A DNA stretch of 50,086 nt from Promethearchaeota archaeon (GCA_016930515.1 JAFGGO010000138.1:1-50086); one strand, 5' to 3'; counted from the stretch's first letter, positions 20,514 through 31,538 are shown. Translations and numbers: made by a program. Notes: generated by a model not told the origin, from the letters alone.

Positions 20514-21902
20514 CTATTTAAATTCGCTTGTTCTTCCCCTTAATATAGACAGGATCAAGCTTAATATTATAATTACGAGAAATAACGCGCAAATTAACCG
20601 AGTACAGAGTAAGAAAAGATTATAATAAGCAGGTGTTATATCAACTTTCCCCAAAATAAGAGTGAACACAAAAGTAACAGCTCCGAAACTAAGAGATTGA
20701 CCTATCGTTCTCATCGTTCCCTCAAGACCGGCCGCAATCCCAAGGGCATCTCTGGGAACAGAATCCATTATCGCTCGAATGTTAGGGGATGCAAAAAAAG
20801 CAGTTCCCACCCCTATTATTCCAAAAGCGATTGCAATGGAGAATATAGGAAAATTAATATCTATAAATAATAGCAAAACAATTCCAATGGAGCTTATCCC
20901 TATGCCAATTGAAACAAGTCTTTTAGCCTCCATTCTACTAGAAAACTTGCCAGCAAGGGGAGAAAACAAGGCCATCATCAAGGGTTGTACCACGAGGACG
21001 AAACCTGCTTCCTGAGGGGACAACCTTTTCAAATATTGCATGAATAAACTCAAGAGCAGGTTAAGAGCGATTGTAGATGCATAAAACGCCAATTCAGAAG
21101 CACTGGAAAGAGTTAAAAATCTATTACCTTTGAATAGATTCAAGTTGAGTAATGGATTAGAATTGTTTTTTTCCCAAACGAAAAAAATTATGATTGCAAC
21201 GATAAAAACAGTTAAAAACAAAAATCCAAGAGGATCAGGAAATATGGAAAGGGAAAAAATTAATGAAAATAAAAATACCATAAACATTACCGTTCCAAAA
21301 GGATCTAACTTTTCCTCCTTTTCACTCTTCCAGTCACCTCTGACTTTAAAAATAACCAAACCAGCTATTAATAGCCCAAACGGTACATTAAACCAAGATT
21401 GACAACGCCAACCAATGTTATCAGTCATAATACCTCCCAATATGGGCGAAAGTGTTAAACCAATATAAACACCCGTTACACTAATGCCCAAAACCTTACC
21501 TCGATCCTTTGGAGGGAACGATGCGGTTAAAATCGCGTTTCCCGTTGCAAAAATTAAAGCAGCACCCGAACCTTGTAGAAATCTAAAAAAAATGAATGAA
21601 AGCGAAGAGTAAGAAAATGCTAAAAGAATTGAAGCTAGTGTAAATAATATCGTTCCAGCTAAAAAGACTTTCTTTCGACCGTATATGTCTCCAATCTTGC
21701 CAAAAGGAATTTGAAACAACGCTGCGGCCAAGATGAAGATCGTGGAAACCCACGAAAGCGTTGCGGCATCCATTTGCAACTCCAATGCAATGTTCTTGGC
21801 AGAAATAACGGTTGTATAGGTAGAAAATGCTGTAACAAAGAACGCCAAAAAAATAGTAACAAGAACACAAGTTTGTCCTTTATTGCATCTATTACCTTCC
21901 AT
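20514..21902 (-). CDS. MFS transporter (DHA2/EmrB-QacA-like)
   Basis: GKIGDIYGRKK motif A, FRFLQGSG, about 14 hydrophobic segments. Confidence 0.92.
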   Translation of the reverse strand: MEGNRCNKGQTCVLVTIFLAFFVTAFSTYTTVISAKNIALELQMDAATLSWVSTIFILAAALFQIPFGKIGDIYGRKKVFLAGTILFTLASILLAFSYSSLSFIFFRFLQGSGAALIFATGNAILTASFPPKDRGKVLGISVTGVYIGLTLSPILGGIMTDNIGWRCQSWFNVPFGLLIAGLVIFKVRGDWKSEKEEKLDPFGTVMFMVFLFSLIFSLSIFPDPLGFLFLTVFIVAIIIFFVWEKNNSNPLLNLNLFKGNRFLTLSSASELAFYASTIALNLLLSLFMQYLKRLSPQEAGFVLVVQPLMMALFSPLAGKFSSRMEAKRLVSIGIGISSIGIVLLLFIDINFPIFSIAIAFGIIGVGTAFFASPNIRAIMDSVPRDALGIAAGLEGTMRTIGQSLSFGAVTFVFTLILGKVDITPAYYNLFLLCTRLICALFLVIIILSLILSILRGRTSEFK

Positions 21903-22023
21903 AGTAAGATGTATTCATATTTAATTATAAAAATATCTAGAACCAATTAAAAAAAAAAGAGATATTATAACGCAATTTTTATATCTATAGATTGTAAAAA
22001 CACGAAAGCTTTTAAAGAAACTG

Positions 22024-24360
22024 TTGATTCTAAATTATATTTTCAAGATAGTTGAAGAATATATATCACGACGAACCGAATTGATAGTTCAAGCAAATAA
22101 AAAGGACGAGGATTTTGGACGAATAACCACAAATCCCTTGATTAATATTGTGAAGGGAAACGAACTTAACACCAGGGATTTAGCTTTTTCGTCAAACGAA
22201 ACCTATTTCGTTTCTTGTGCCGAAATGTACCATTCAGAACGCCCTCACGTCCTGGTATGGAGGATGAAACAAGTTGCAAAAAAGGGAAAGCACTATGTGG
22301 CCAAGTTAGAGATAGAAGGTGAATTTCAAGACAACGAATGGTTGCTCTGCGTTGATGTACACTCTACAAGGATCAATGGCATGCGATGCTGGATGATATG
22401 TGCGGGTAGCATTTTAGGTAACTTGTATGTTTGGAAGGGGCCCATAGAACCAAAATCTAAAAAATGGATTTTTGAAGAGTGTGAGTTCAAAAAGATTACT
22501 CTAGAAGATGAGTCAATTGACGCTCGGAGGGCAATTTCTAAGGTAAAAATATTGAAAAAGCGTCCCGAAAAGTGTGAATTAATTTTAGCTTTAAACGATG
22601 TCAATACAATATCAAACGATAAAAAGAAACCAAGCGAAATTTTCTATATTTCGCTTTTGTTGAAGGCTCAAGAGATTTCAATACAACAAACAAGATCAAT
22701 AGGAGTCCACGATGATTGGATCCTTTCTTTAGATACGCGTGTGAATGAGGAAAAGACATTAATCTTTTCGGGTTCTAAGGACAAAACCGTGAGGATGTGG
22801 GATCTTGATAACGGAACGAATATATTAATAGGAACGCTCGACGACGATGCCAGTTGCGTAAAAGTTTTTGAGATGAATTCAAAACTCATGGTTGCTGCGA
22901 GTTGCATTGATAATAGTATTGTCCTTTGGGATATATCGAGCGGAATAAGTGGAAATTTTAAAATGGTTCATGTGGGAAACCACGAGGACGAGGTGGTATG
23001 GATCGATTACCAACAAAAAAACGGCCTGTTAGTTTCAGCTTCTAAGGACAATTTAATTCGGTTTTGGGACATCCAACATAAAATGTGGATACGGGAAATC
23101 GATACTGACGAAATTCTCAAACAAGAAGAAATCGCTCTAAACCAGAGAGAATTTGGTTTAAACTATTTAAGAATGGTGATTGTCTCTCCGAGCAATAAGT
23201 ATGTTCTCGCTATTAAAAAGAACAAGATAGTAATCCTTAGGAACTTTGGAAGAGTTTGGCATTTTTATCAACAACTTAAATTCGTAGAAAAAAATAACAA
23301 GGAATTGTTTAACAAGATATATGGAAAAAATCTAAAGCAGATAGTTAAACATAAAAGCGAAAGCGAAGAATCCCTTCGTGAGATTTACGCCATAATAAAA
23401 GAACGCCTTTTAAGTAGTTCCGGGACCTGGAATCCTCGAAAATTGGGACCTCTATTTGTTCCATCCTTCGTCACATTCGACGAGAGCGAGATAAACCAAA
23501 AAGAATACCTGACAAGCGTTCAATCGACATACGAGAGCTACTGGTATAGCGTGAAAAACATGTTTTTTAAGGAACCAGAGATGTCTTGGAATTTTAAATT
23601 GTATTTATCCACAGACCTAGAAGAAGATGTTTCTAATTTCATTGAAATAACTAATAATAACCATCCACACATCATTTTAGACGATCGCAAGCAGTCCCAA
23701 TTGAGATTTGTATTAATCTTAGACAATGTGCCAACTACCTTCATTCCCTTATTAAATGCCATAGAAGTCGAGGTCGAAAGCGATAGGGGAGACAAGGATA
23801 GCCTTGATTTTTCAGATTTTGCGTACTTCACCAAACCCAAGGCAATACAAGTGGATCGGAAAAAATTAATAAGTAAAAACGACTTGTTTGAATCACAGGC
23901 AAGCGATTTCTATTATTCCGAATGTATATTCAAGATAGACGGAGGTTACGCAACAGAAAAGTTCGCAGCAATTACGATCAAGAAAATTTCCTTGGAATTT
24001 GCAGAGACATTAAATCCCATGGAAACTAAGAAGAAAAACATTAGGAGAGATTTGGAAATCTTTGAGGCGTTCCGAAAAAACTTCAAATATCCACTCATTC
24101 AAAAAATAACGGTACAGATTGGCAAGGGTTTTAAGGCTAATCTGGGAAAAATTGGAGAGGAATATTTGTCGAGCTTGATTGCACTCGAATTTATTTTTAC
24201 GCTCATCGATGTGATATCGATGGTTGGATATCCTGGAGACATCTTAACGGATCCTTTGGGGATCTTTCTTTACGCCTTGGGAATTATTGGATTCGGGTTG
24301 TTCACGATAATGATGTTTATCATATTTTTTAGATACAAATCAAAAAGTAGAGGATATTAA
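22024..24360 (+). CDS. WD40-repeat protein with C-terminal two-TM anchor
   Basis: GVHDDWILSL...FSGSKDKTVRMWD, SCIDNSIVLWD, NHEDEV...VSASKDNLIRFWD; C-terminal hydrophobic hairpin. Confidence 0.85.
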   Translation: MILNYIFKIVEEYISRRTELIVQANKKDEDFGRITTNPLINIVKGNELNTRDLAFSSNETYFVSCAEMYHSERPHVLVWRMKQVAKKGKHYVAKLEIEGEFQDNEWLLCVDVHSTRINGMRCWMICAGSILGNLYVWKGPIEPKSKKWIFEECEFKKITLEDESIDARRAISKVKILKKRPEKCELILALNDVNTISNDKKKPSEIFYISLLLKAQEISIQQTRSIGVHDDWILSLDTRVNEEKTLIFSGSKDKTVRMWDLDNGTNILIGTLDDDASCVKVFEMNSKLMVAASCIDNSIVLWDISSGISGNFKMVHVGNHEDEVVWIDYQQKNGLLVSASKDNLIRFWDIQHKMWIREIDTDEILKQEEIALNQREFGLNYLRMVIVSPSNKYVLAIKKNKIVILRNFGRVWHFYQQLKFVEKNNKELFNKIYGKNLKQIVKHKSESEESLREIYAIIKERLLSSSGTWNPRKLGPLFVPSFVTFDESEINQKEYLTSVQSTYESYWYSVKNMFFKEPEMSWNFKLYLSTDLEEDVSNFIEITNNNHPHIILDDRKQSQLRFVLILDNVPTTFIPLLNAIEVEVESDRGDKDSLDFSDFAYFTKPKAIQVDRKKLISKNDLFESQASDFYYSECIFKIDGGYATEKFAAITIKKISLEFAETLNPMETKKKNIRRDLEIFEAFRKNFKYPLIQKITVQIGKGFKANLGKIGEEYLSSLIALEFIFTLIDVISMVGYPGDILTDPLGIFLYALGIIGFGLFTIMMFIIFFRYKSKSRGY

Positions 24361-24362
24361 AA

Positions 24363-25253
24363 ATGACGATTGAGAAAAACGAAAAAGTAGTAAATATAAT
24401 CATTACATGCTCACTTCAGAACGATTTTATCGAGAAATTAGACGACATTAAAATAAAGTACCCTGATGGTGACATAAAAGCAAATTTTGGTGATTGTCAG
24501 GACCTTTGGATCGATTTTTTTGTCAAAGGACAAGGGATAGTGGGAGAGGGCGCAAGTTTTAACAGTTTTATCCAGTGGTGCAACGAAATTATACCATCTC
24601 GCATTAAGGAACCAAGAGATGTGAGTTATTGTTACTGTAAGATCATGGAAAAATACAAGCATAGAGTTCATGTCGAAGAAGACGAGTGTAATAGGCTCTG
24701 GAACGAGGAGGACTTGGAACAATCGCTTAGAGACCTCATTAGTAAGGCAACAACAGCGAACGAAAACGAAAAATATTATTACATCCACCTCAGGGACTGG
24801 CACGATCAAACCGATCCTTCAGAAAGGGGAGAATTGGACTTTTTTGGGTTCCATTGTATTAAAGGAACTCACGGTGCTGAATTTGTGTACCCGTTGAACC
24901 AGCTGTTAAAAAACAGGGCAACTGAAGAGTACAACATCGTGCTTAACTCGAACAGCCTTAGCTCATTTAGCGATTCGAATCTCGAAGATGTTTTAGATAA
25001 CATCTTGAAAAACACGGGAAGCTCAAAAACGGAAGTTCGAATAGGTACTTTTGGCGTGATCACGGATGTGAAATTACTTTTCCTCATGTTCGAGCTCATG
25101 GTGGTGCATAAATACAAAAATGTGTTCTTGTGCGAGGACTTTTCTGCAGGATTCAACAAGGCAGGACATCAAACGGGATTAAACTACATGAGAAATGTTC
25201 TCAACGCTCAAATCGTTAATAAGGAACAGTTTAGAGAAATATTCAAATTTTAA
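24363..25253 (+). CDS. Isochorismatase/nicotinamidase-fold protein with non-canonical active site
   Basis: SLQNDF, RDWH, HCIKGTHGAEF and GVITDVK motifs; starts 2 nt after the WD40 gene. Confidence 0.75.
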   Translation: MTIEKNEKVVNIIITCSLQNDFIEKLDDIKIKYPDGDIKANFGDCQDLWIDFFVKGQGIVGEGASFNSFIQWCNEIIPSRIKEPRDVSYCYCKIMEKYKHRVHVEEDECNRLWNEEDLEQSLRDLISKATTANENEKYYYIHLRDWHDQTDPSERGELDFFGFHCIKGTHGAEFVYPLNQLLKNRATEEYNIVLNSNSLSSFSDSNLEDVLDNILKNTGSSKTEVRIGTFGVITDVKLLFLMFELMVVHKYKNVFLCEDFSAGFNKAGHQTGLNYMRNVLNAQIVNKEQFREIFKF

Positions 25254-27004
25254 ATCTCTATCTTATTTATTGATTTATACCTTGGAAAAATCCTTTGAAA
25301 TACAAATAAAAGAGTAATTATCCCCCCGAAAGCAATAAATATCACAACTATATTAGTCCAAGCTAAACCCATAGTTTCATAAATAATAATATCAAGACCA
25401 AGCACGAGAAGATACAATGCCACTTCTATTAATACTATCAATGCCCACTTTAATAGTTTAAATTTCTTTTGTATTTCTTCTACCACATATTTCTTTCCTA
25501 CTCTTCCAAACAACAATATTTTTGTCTCGAATACCAAAAATAGGAATAAAATCGCCATAGGTAAGGTACAAAAGAAATTTATTAAAATTTCTTTAGACTT
25601 AACTATACTTAGGAATAAAATACTTAAGATTATTAAAGAGATGCATTCAAAAGCCGTCATGAGAGTTAATTTCGATCTTGCTTGATCTCGAGAAACGATC
25701 GGAAGTGAAGCGAGAATTGATGATCCCGATTCTTCTGCATTTAATAAACCGTTCACAAGAAAAAACGGAATCGCTATAAAGAAAATCAGAATAATCGCAC
25801 GCATATATAGAGCACCGTCCACTAACATTGCAAATAAGTCAAAGAGACCAATCATTGAGATCATCACAATAAAGGGAAGAGCAATAGGAGAAATCATAAA
25901 AATAAGGGTTTGAATATCGCGACTTACTAAGCTAAGATCCTTATGGATAAATGCCTTAAAAGGTGATGTGGAAGTAACTTCAATAGGTTTATTTTTCTTG
26001 TAAATTCCTTTTTCAATTTTTTTCATTTTTACCTTACCTTCGGGTTCCGTTAGACTATGCAAAGAGCTTATAGCCCTCTTGTATAGAATAAATGCGATTA
26101 AAATACTCAAGATTAATCCTATTGAAGAAGATAACACTAATTCGGGAACTAATAACTCTGGATATAAAGAAATCGATACAAAATATCCAAAAGCAAACGG
26201 AAATGGAATCAAGCTTAAAATTATATTTATTACGACTGGTGGTGCTTCAAATAAGTATGTTTTTATGATAGTTGAAACCAAATTAAAGGTTAGGGAAATC
26301 ATTAATGATGTGAACTGAAATATCACGATTGTAAAAACAATAGTAATGACTTTAATGACAGTTGCTTTTTTGGAAATCTTTGAAGATGGTCTAAATATAT
26401 TGTTTATTTTTTGTCCGATAATAACAAGAACATTGAAACTAAAAAACATATTTATAAAGGATGTTATTAGACAAAAAAAAAATACAAATAAACTCTGCAC
26501 TACAATTCCCATTACGATTGGATATAAAATTGTCATGATGAGGAGCGGTCCGTTTAAACCACGAAATAGGGTGATAAATCCTAACTTCTTAATGACTTTT
26601 TTTGAAATAGGAAGCGTTTGCAGCCATTTAAAGACATTGCCCGTCATCAACGCTCCAGCCATGTATAATCCGCCAAATATGATGTAAAGGGACGACATTG
26701 AGAAATATACGAAATTGATGATTGAAGAAACGAGAAATATAGTCCCTTTCGGAATGGGATAAAGGGCAAGGTTTTCCAAAACAACGAAGAAAGTGATAAG
26801 AGGAATGATAGGTGCCACCGCTAAACCAGCTCCGTAGCCGATTTTGAGCCCAAGGGCTTGATTTTTGATTGTTTTACTGTTTTTTTTGTACTTTTCGAGG
26901 ATTTTATTTTGATGTGCTCCAGAAGATTGAAGTTGCGATTCCATCAAAATTTCAAAATGAGTATATTGCGACATTCTATATGGCGTTATTTTTTTTTCTG
27001 ACAT
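25250..27004 (-). CDS. ABC exporter permease
   Basis: Many TM helices with repeated LQTLPIS / LASLPIV motifs; follows the ABC ATPase; ATG at 27004 preferred over GTG at 27013. Confidence 0.85.
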   Translation of the reverse strand: MSEKKITPYRMSQYTHFEILMESQLQSSGAHQNKILEKYKKNSKTIKNQALGLKIGYGAGLAVAPIIPLITFFVVLENLALYPIPKGTIFLVSSIINFVYFSMSSLYIIFGGLYMAGALMTGNVFKWLQTLPISKKVIKKLGFITLFRGLNGPLLIMTILYPIVMGIVVQSLFVFFFCLITSFINMFFSFNVLVIIGQKINNIFRPSSKISKKATVIKVITIVFTIVIFQFTSLMISLTFNLVSTIIKTYLFEAPPVVINIILSLIPFPFAFGYFVSISLYPELLVPELVLSSSIGLILSILIAFILYKRAISSLHSLTEPEGKVKMKKIEKGIYKKNKPIEVTSTSPFKAFIHKDLSLVSRDIQTLIFMISPIALPFIVMISMIGLFDLFAMLVDGALYMRAIILIFFIAIPFFLVNGLLNAEESGSSILASLPIVSRDQARSKLTLMTAFECISLIILSILFLSIVKSKEILINFFCTLPMAILFLFLVFETKILLFGRVGKKYVVEEIQKKFKLLKWALIVLIEVALYLLVLGLDIIIYETMGLAWTNIVVIFIAFGGIITLLFVFQRIFPRYKSINKIEI

Positions 27005-27026
27005 GACTTTCACTTCAATTTAATAT

Positions 27027-27827
27027 TCAGATATAATTTTTTTTCGTATAACTTGCCCTCAATTTATTCACGATTTCATTCACGGATGTATCTTGCTCTG
27101 TCAAACGTAAGAAAACGTCTTCTAATTTAGCACCAAGTTTATCAGCTTTTAATCTTAGTTCTTCCATTGTACCGATTCCAACTATTTTACCCTTGTTGAT
27201 GATTGCAATTCTATCGCATAAATCTTGAGCAACCTCCATAATATGCGTGGAAAATAAAATAGAGCCTCCATTATTTGTGTGTAATTCCAAAATCTCTTTG
27301 AATACTCTTACGGATTTCGCATCGAGTCCTGCCAAGGGTTCGTCAAGCACGAGTAAATCTGGATCGTGTAAGATGGCGGCGATAATTTGAATTTTCTGCT
27401 TGTTTCCGTGGGATAATGTAGCGATTAGATTATCGTAATATTCAAGCGCTCCAAAACTATCCATGTATTCACTCACCCTCTCGCTTGTCGTTGTTGCGTT
27501 CAAATGTCGAATGGAAGCGATAAAGTTAAATAAGTCTCGGGGCGTTAGAGATTTAAAGATTAATGGTTCTTCTGAAACATATCCAATCCGCTTTTTAATC
27601 TCAATATCTTCTATTACAGGATCCATTCCTAAAACACTCACATCTCCCTCGTCAGGGGCGAGTAATCCTAACAATAATTTAATTGTCGTAGTTTTTCCGG
27701 CCCCGTTTGGGCCCAAAAGCCCAAATACTTCTCCCGAGTTAACTTCAAACGATATATCATCGACTGCTTTCACATCTTCAAAATATTTTTTGAGATTTTT
27801 AACAACAACTATCTTATTATTTTTCAT
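27027..27827 (-). CDS. ABC transporter ATP-binding protein
   Basis: GPNGAGKTT, LSHGNKQK, LLVLDEP and STH motifs. Confidence 0.95.
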   Translation of the reverse strand: MKNNKIVVVKNLKKYFEDVKAVDDISFEVNSGEVFGLLGPNGAGKTTTIKLLLGLLAPDEGDVSVLGMDPVIEDIEIKKRIGYVSEEPLIFKSLTPRDLFNFIASIRHLNATTTSERVSEYMDSFGALEYYDNLIATLSHGNKQKIQIIAAILHDPDLLVLDEPLAGLDAKSVRVFKEILELHTNNGGSILFSTHIMEVAQDLCDRIAIINKGKIVGIGTMEELRLKADKLGAKLEDVFLRLTEQDTSVNEIVNKLRASYTKKNYI

Positions 27828-28070
27828 ATAATATCATTCTCGATTTAATCTTCAAATGAAAAATTTTATTCTGAGGATTTTTTTTAGAATAAAATTGTAT
27901 TTTAATATCATAATCGCGTATTTAAAACCATCTGGTAAAAAAACATGATCCATCATACACAAGTTTAGGTCTGTAAAAGTGCCATCTATCCAGGTATTAC
28001 ACCTATTTATTATATAAAATGTGTAAAGTTAGTCAAAAAATAAATTCAACTATCGATATAACCAAAGTTT

Positions 28071-29876
28071 ATGCTTAACAAGCCCCCTCCAAACGCGACA
28101 CAAGGCGAGAATTTAGTGTTTAATCGGCTCGATTTTTTTACTAATTCTCACCCAGAAGCGTTGGGTTATGTTGAACCAGATATAGGGGGATTTCGACCGG
28201 ATTTCTTGCTTCTTTCACCTAAATTTGGGGTAATCATTATAGAAGTGAAAGATTATCTCCCGGAAAATTTATTGTTCTTGAATAAATCTGGAGGCTGGGA
28301 AATTTTACAGGAAGATAAAAAAATCTTCGTGAAGAACCCTTTCGATCAAGTTTATAATTATTGGCGATCCGTGCAAGACAGGGTGAGTCATTGCAAATTT
28401 TCAAATAATTTAGAAGTTCCCATCGTGAGAATAGTTGTTTTTAGTAATATATCTAAAAAAGAAGCGATTGCAGAAAGCATTAAAAATCTTGCACCGTTGA
28501 AAATTCATATTTGTTTCAAAGAAACTCTATTGAGAAATGATTCCTTTGAAAGTTATCTCGCTGACGTCCTTCCTGCTAAATGTATGCTTTCTAAGCAACA
28601 ATTTGAAATTTTAAGGGCGAATATAATCCCTTCTTGTCGTCTCCCAACGACAAACCAAGCGAGATTATCAATGTTTTATTCCGAAATGGATAAAATAATA
28701 CTATTAGATCAAGAACAAGAACGATTGGCCCGCAAGTTGGGAGACGGCCATAGGCTTATTTGTGGAGTCGCGGGAAGCGGAAAAACAGTATTACTAATTG
28801 CTCGAGCGAGGATCTTGGCATTACGACACCCAGATTGGAAAATTCTCATCCTTTGTTATAATAAAAACCTTAAGAAGCAACTTTTTCGATTACTAAATCC
28901 GCAAGATTACAATTCTGATATTACTATTAGCACTTTTCACGGATGGGCTAGGCAATACATCCAGAGCACGAATTCCGAATATTCAAGATTATACGAAGAG
29001 GCAAATCAAAAAGCAGAGCGCGAGCATAAAATTGACGATTTTTTTGACATTGTTGTTCCCAAGATATTAATGGAGACAATTCAAAGCCTTGGAGAAAATA
29101 GAACGAAATATAACGCCATATTAATCGACGAAGCCCAAGATTTTAAAAAGGAATGGCTTCAAACCGTTGTTAGCGTGTTAAACGAAGAAACGAATTCTCT
29201 CCTGATAGCGTGTGATGGGATTCAAGGCATATACGCTCGAAAACCCTTCCATTGGTCGGATGCAGGCATTCAAGCGCGTGGACGTACGAAAAGATTTGAA
29301 AATTCTTATAGAACGCCAATAGAAGTAGGAGAATTGGCTCAAAAAGCATTACCAGACTTCATTGCTAAATTATTAGGAAAATTCGACGAGTTCATTCCTA
29401 CGAAAAGATTTTTGGGCATTCGCGGCACGGTCAAGATCGAAATTTTTAACAGTCGAGAAGAAGAATGTCAAGCATTAGCAGAACATGTCTGTAGGATATC
29501 AAAAGAAAGCCGAGAAATATTAATCCTTTTTAAAAAAAACTTAGAAAAAAATGGTTTCAACCACCCGGTATTTCGATATTTAAAAGACCTAGGAGTTAAA
29601 TGGAATTTTATGGGCGGAAAAGATATGGTACCAACAGCGATTCAAATTGGAACCATTTATGGTACAAAAGGATTGGAATCTAACACGATAATAGTTCCTG
29701 AAGTCGACACATATGTTTCAGATAAAGATAGACAATTATTGTACGTTGCCATGACCCGCTCGAAAAGTAGGTTGATATTAACTGCCAAGAAATCTACGGG
29801 CATCGTAAATACGCTTCGTTCATTTCAAAAATTAAGACAGAATCCTACAAACGGGATAGATGCGGGAGCCAATTAA
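28071..29876 (+). CDS. NERD (PD-(D/E)xK) nuclease fused to UvrD-like SF1 helicase
   Basis: RPDFLLLSP...IIEVKD...NPFDQV; GVAGSGKT, IDEAQD, SYRT, TKGLE and LYVAMTRS motifs. Confidence 0.9.
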   Translation: MLNKPPPNATQGENLVFNRLDFFTNSHPEALGYVEPDIGGFRPDFLLLSPKFGVIIIEVKDYLPENLLFLNKSGGWEILQEDKKIFVKNPFDQVYNYWRSVQDRVSHCKFSNNLEVPIVRIVVFSNISKKEAIAESIKNLAPLKIHICFKETLLRNDSFESYLADVLPAKCMLSKQQFEILRANIIPSCRLPTTNQARLSMFYSEMDKIILLDQEQERLARKLGDGHRLICGVAGSGKTVLLIARARILALRHPDWKILILCYNKNLKKQLFRLLNPQDYNSDITISTFHGWARQYIQSTNSEYSRLYEEANQKAEREHKIDDFFDIVVPKILMETIQSLGENRTKYNAILIDEAQDFKKEWLQTVVSVLNEETNSLLIACDGIQGIYARKPFHWSDAGIQARGRTKRFENSYRTPIEVGELAQKALPDFIAKLLGKFDEFIPTKRFLGIRGTVKIEIFNSREEECQALAEHVCRISKESREILILFKKNLEKNGFNHPVFRYLKDLGVKWNFMGGKDMVPTAIQIGTIYGTKGLESNTIIVPEVDTYVSDKDRQLLYVAMTRSKSRLILTAKKSTGIVNTLRSFQKLRQNPTNGIDAGAN

Positions 29877-30119
29877 AACGAATTTATCAGTTAAACAGAA
29901 CTCCCCTTCTTCGATTAATAGTTCAATTGCATGTGCATTCTCTGGAACGTCCTTGAGAACGAATTCGCCTTCTTCAAGATAGATCTCGTCGCAAGAAATC
30001 GATAGTTCTGCTAGAGCTTCTCCAGCATCAGTCCTTAAGAAGATTGCAAGTTGGCCGTTTGGATAATAGCGTTTTCTTAAAATAGTTCGGACTTTTTTTT
30101 GCATGAGTATCATAAGCAT
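29832..30119 (-). CDS. Small DUF4313-like protein
   Basis: YYPNGQLAIFL...GE...LSI...LIEEG...IG...YPVC pattern recalled from that family. Confidence 0.5.
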   Translation of the reverse strand: MLMILMQKKVRTILRKRYYPNGQLAIFLRTDAGEALAELSISCDEIYLEEGEFVLKDVPENAHAIELLIEEGEFCLTDKFVLIGSRIYPVCRILS

Positions 30120-30194
30120 ATTTCAGATTGAAAGTATTTAAAAAAAAACAGGTTCAAAAACTTGTGAAATTTTAAAAAATGAGTCATATATCAA

Positions 30195-30611
30195 TTACTT
30201 CAATTTCGATAATTTATTGATCTCGTCTAGATTTTTCTTTTTGGAAAAAAAAGCTTTTTGAAAAGTATCGTATTCTGCTGAAGAGAGGATTGTTTTAAAT
30301 TTTTCTACATATGTAGCAGTAATGTCGAATGCTTTATTTATCAATACGCAGGGATATTCATTACAAGCGCCACAGTTAGCTACTCCGCGTACAATGCAGC
30401 AATCTTTAACGCCATATTCACATTCATTGATATCTTCACACCCATAACATTTCATTTTATCAAGATTGTCAAGATCGTGATGCCATCCAACTTTTTCCAT
30501 TAATATAGCGGATTCCCGAAGCATGTCTAAGCTCCCATTTATTGTTGCTAAATATCTGGGACATTCAGAACAATCATCTCCACAATATGCTATTTTTTTA
30601 ATAAAAATCAC
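30195..30611 (-). CDS. DUF3795-family Cys-rich protein
   Basis: IAYCGDDCSECP...CYGC...C...CC...NCGACNEYPC. Confidence 0.85.
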   Translation of the reverse strand: MIFIKKIAYCGDDCSECPRYLATINGSLDMLRESAILMEKVGWHHDLDNLDKMKCYGCEDINECEYGVKDCCIVRGVANCGACNEYPCVLINKAFDITATYVEKFKTILSSAEYDTFQKAFFSKKKNLDEINKLSKLK

Positions 30612-30804
30612 CTTCTCATCAAGTATAATTCCATTATAAGATATTTGTTTAAATAAGATATTTTATATAAATAGATATGGGTAAGGAAATGCATTAAACG
30701 CATGAAATATGCAATTAAAAAATATAAAGCGACTTTAAGACTAAACTTTCTTAGATTATCAAAGTGCTAAGATATAAATTCATGAAATTAACTATTTATT
30801 TGTA

Positions 30805-31437
30805 ATGTCGCAAAACGGTTACGAACAAAAAAACATCCATATCATTTGTCCTCACTGCAAGGTAAGTTTTACGAGACCAATTGAATTTAAAAAAAGCGAT
30901 GGTCTTTATTCAACCCTTATCAATAATCACCCAAACAACAAGGGATGCCCTCCATTTTTAATTTTTATTGATAAGCATGGAAAACATAGAGGCTCCCAAA
31001 AGATAGATGTTATCGAAACCACTAGCGAAGAAAGTCAGAAATTCGTTGAAAGCGCTCAGAATAAGATTAGTGAATTGGAAAACGCGGTGCGTTTCTACCA
31101 CATCAAGGTTCCTAGTCATAAAGGCGGGGGATTTGAATGCAAGGTAACAGACGATGCGGATTGGGAAATTTTAAACACGAAATCCTATAGCATATTAATA
31201 GAAATGCTGATTGATACTAACGAAGAGAACCTACTTGGAATAATAACATTGGAAAGATACAGAGAATTTGAAGGTGGAATGCTCATTTATGGAAAATATC
31301 AAGGAATGATCTATACTATATTTTGGAAGGACCAAAAAAGCCTTCAGCGACAATCAATGGACGAAATTAAGTTAAGTGCTAATCTAACGGTTGAAAAACT
31401 ATTTACATTATATGATTTAGCAGACTTATTGTTTTAA
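30805..31437 (+). CDS. Zn-binding module fused to an uncharacterised alpha/beta domain
   Basis: CPHC...HPNNKGCPPFLIFIDKHGKHRGSQKID, the same module as in 6747..7409. Confidence 0.75.
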   Translation: MSQNGYEQKNIHIICPHCKVSFTRPIEFKKSDGLYSTLINNHPNNKGCPPFLIFIDKHGKHRGSQKIDVIETTSEESQKFVESAQNKISELENAVRFYHIKVPSHKGGGFECKVTDDADWEILNTKSYSILIEMLIDTNEENLLGIITLERYREFEGGMLIYGKYQGMIYTIFWKDQKSLQRQSMDEIKLSANLTVEKLFTLYDLADLLF

Positions 31438-31538
31438 GTGTTAATACAGTAAATTACCTATTATTTATTTTTATAAAAATATATAAGAATGGACTTTCTT
31501 GTATATTATGGATAAGAATTATTTCTTACTTAATCCCC

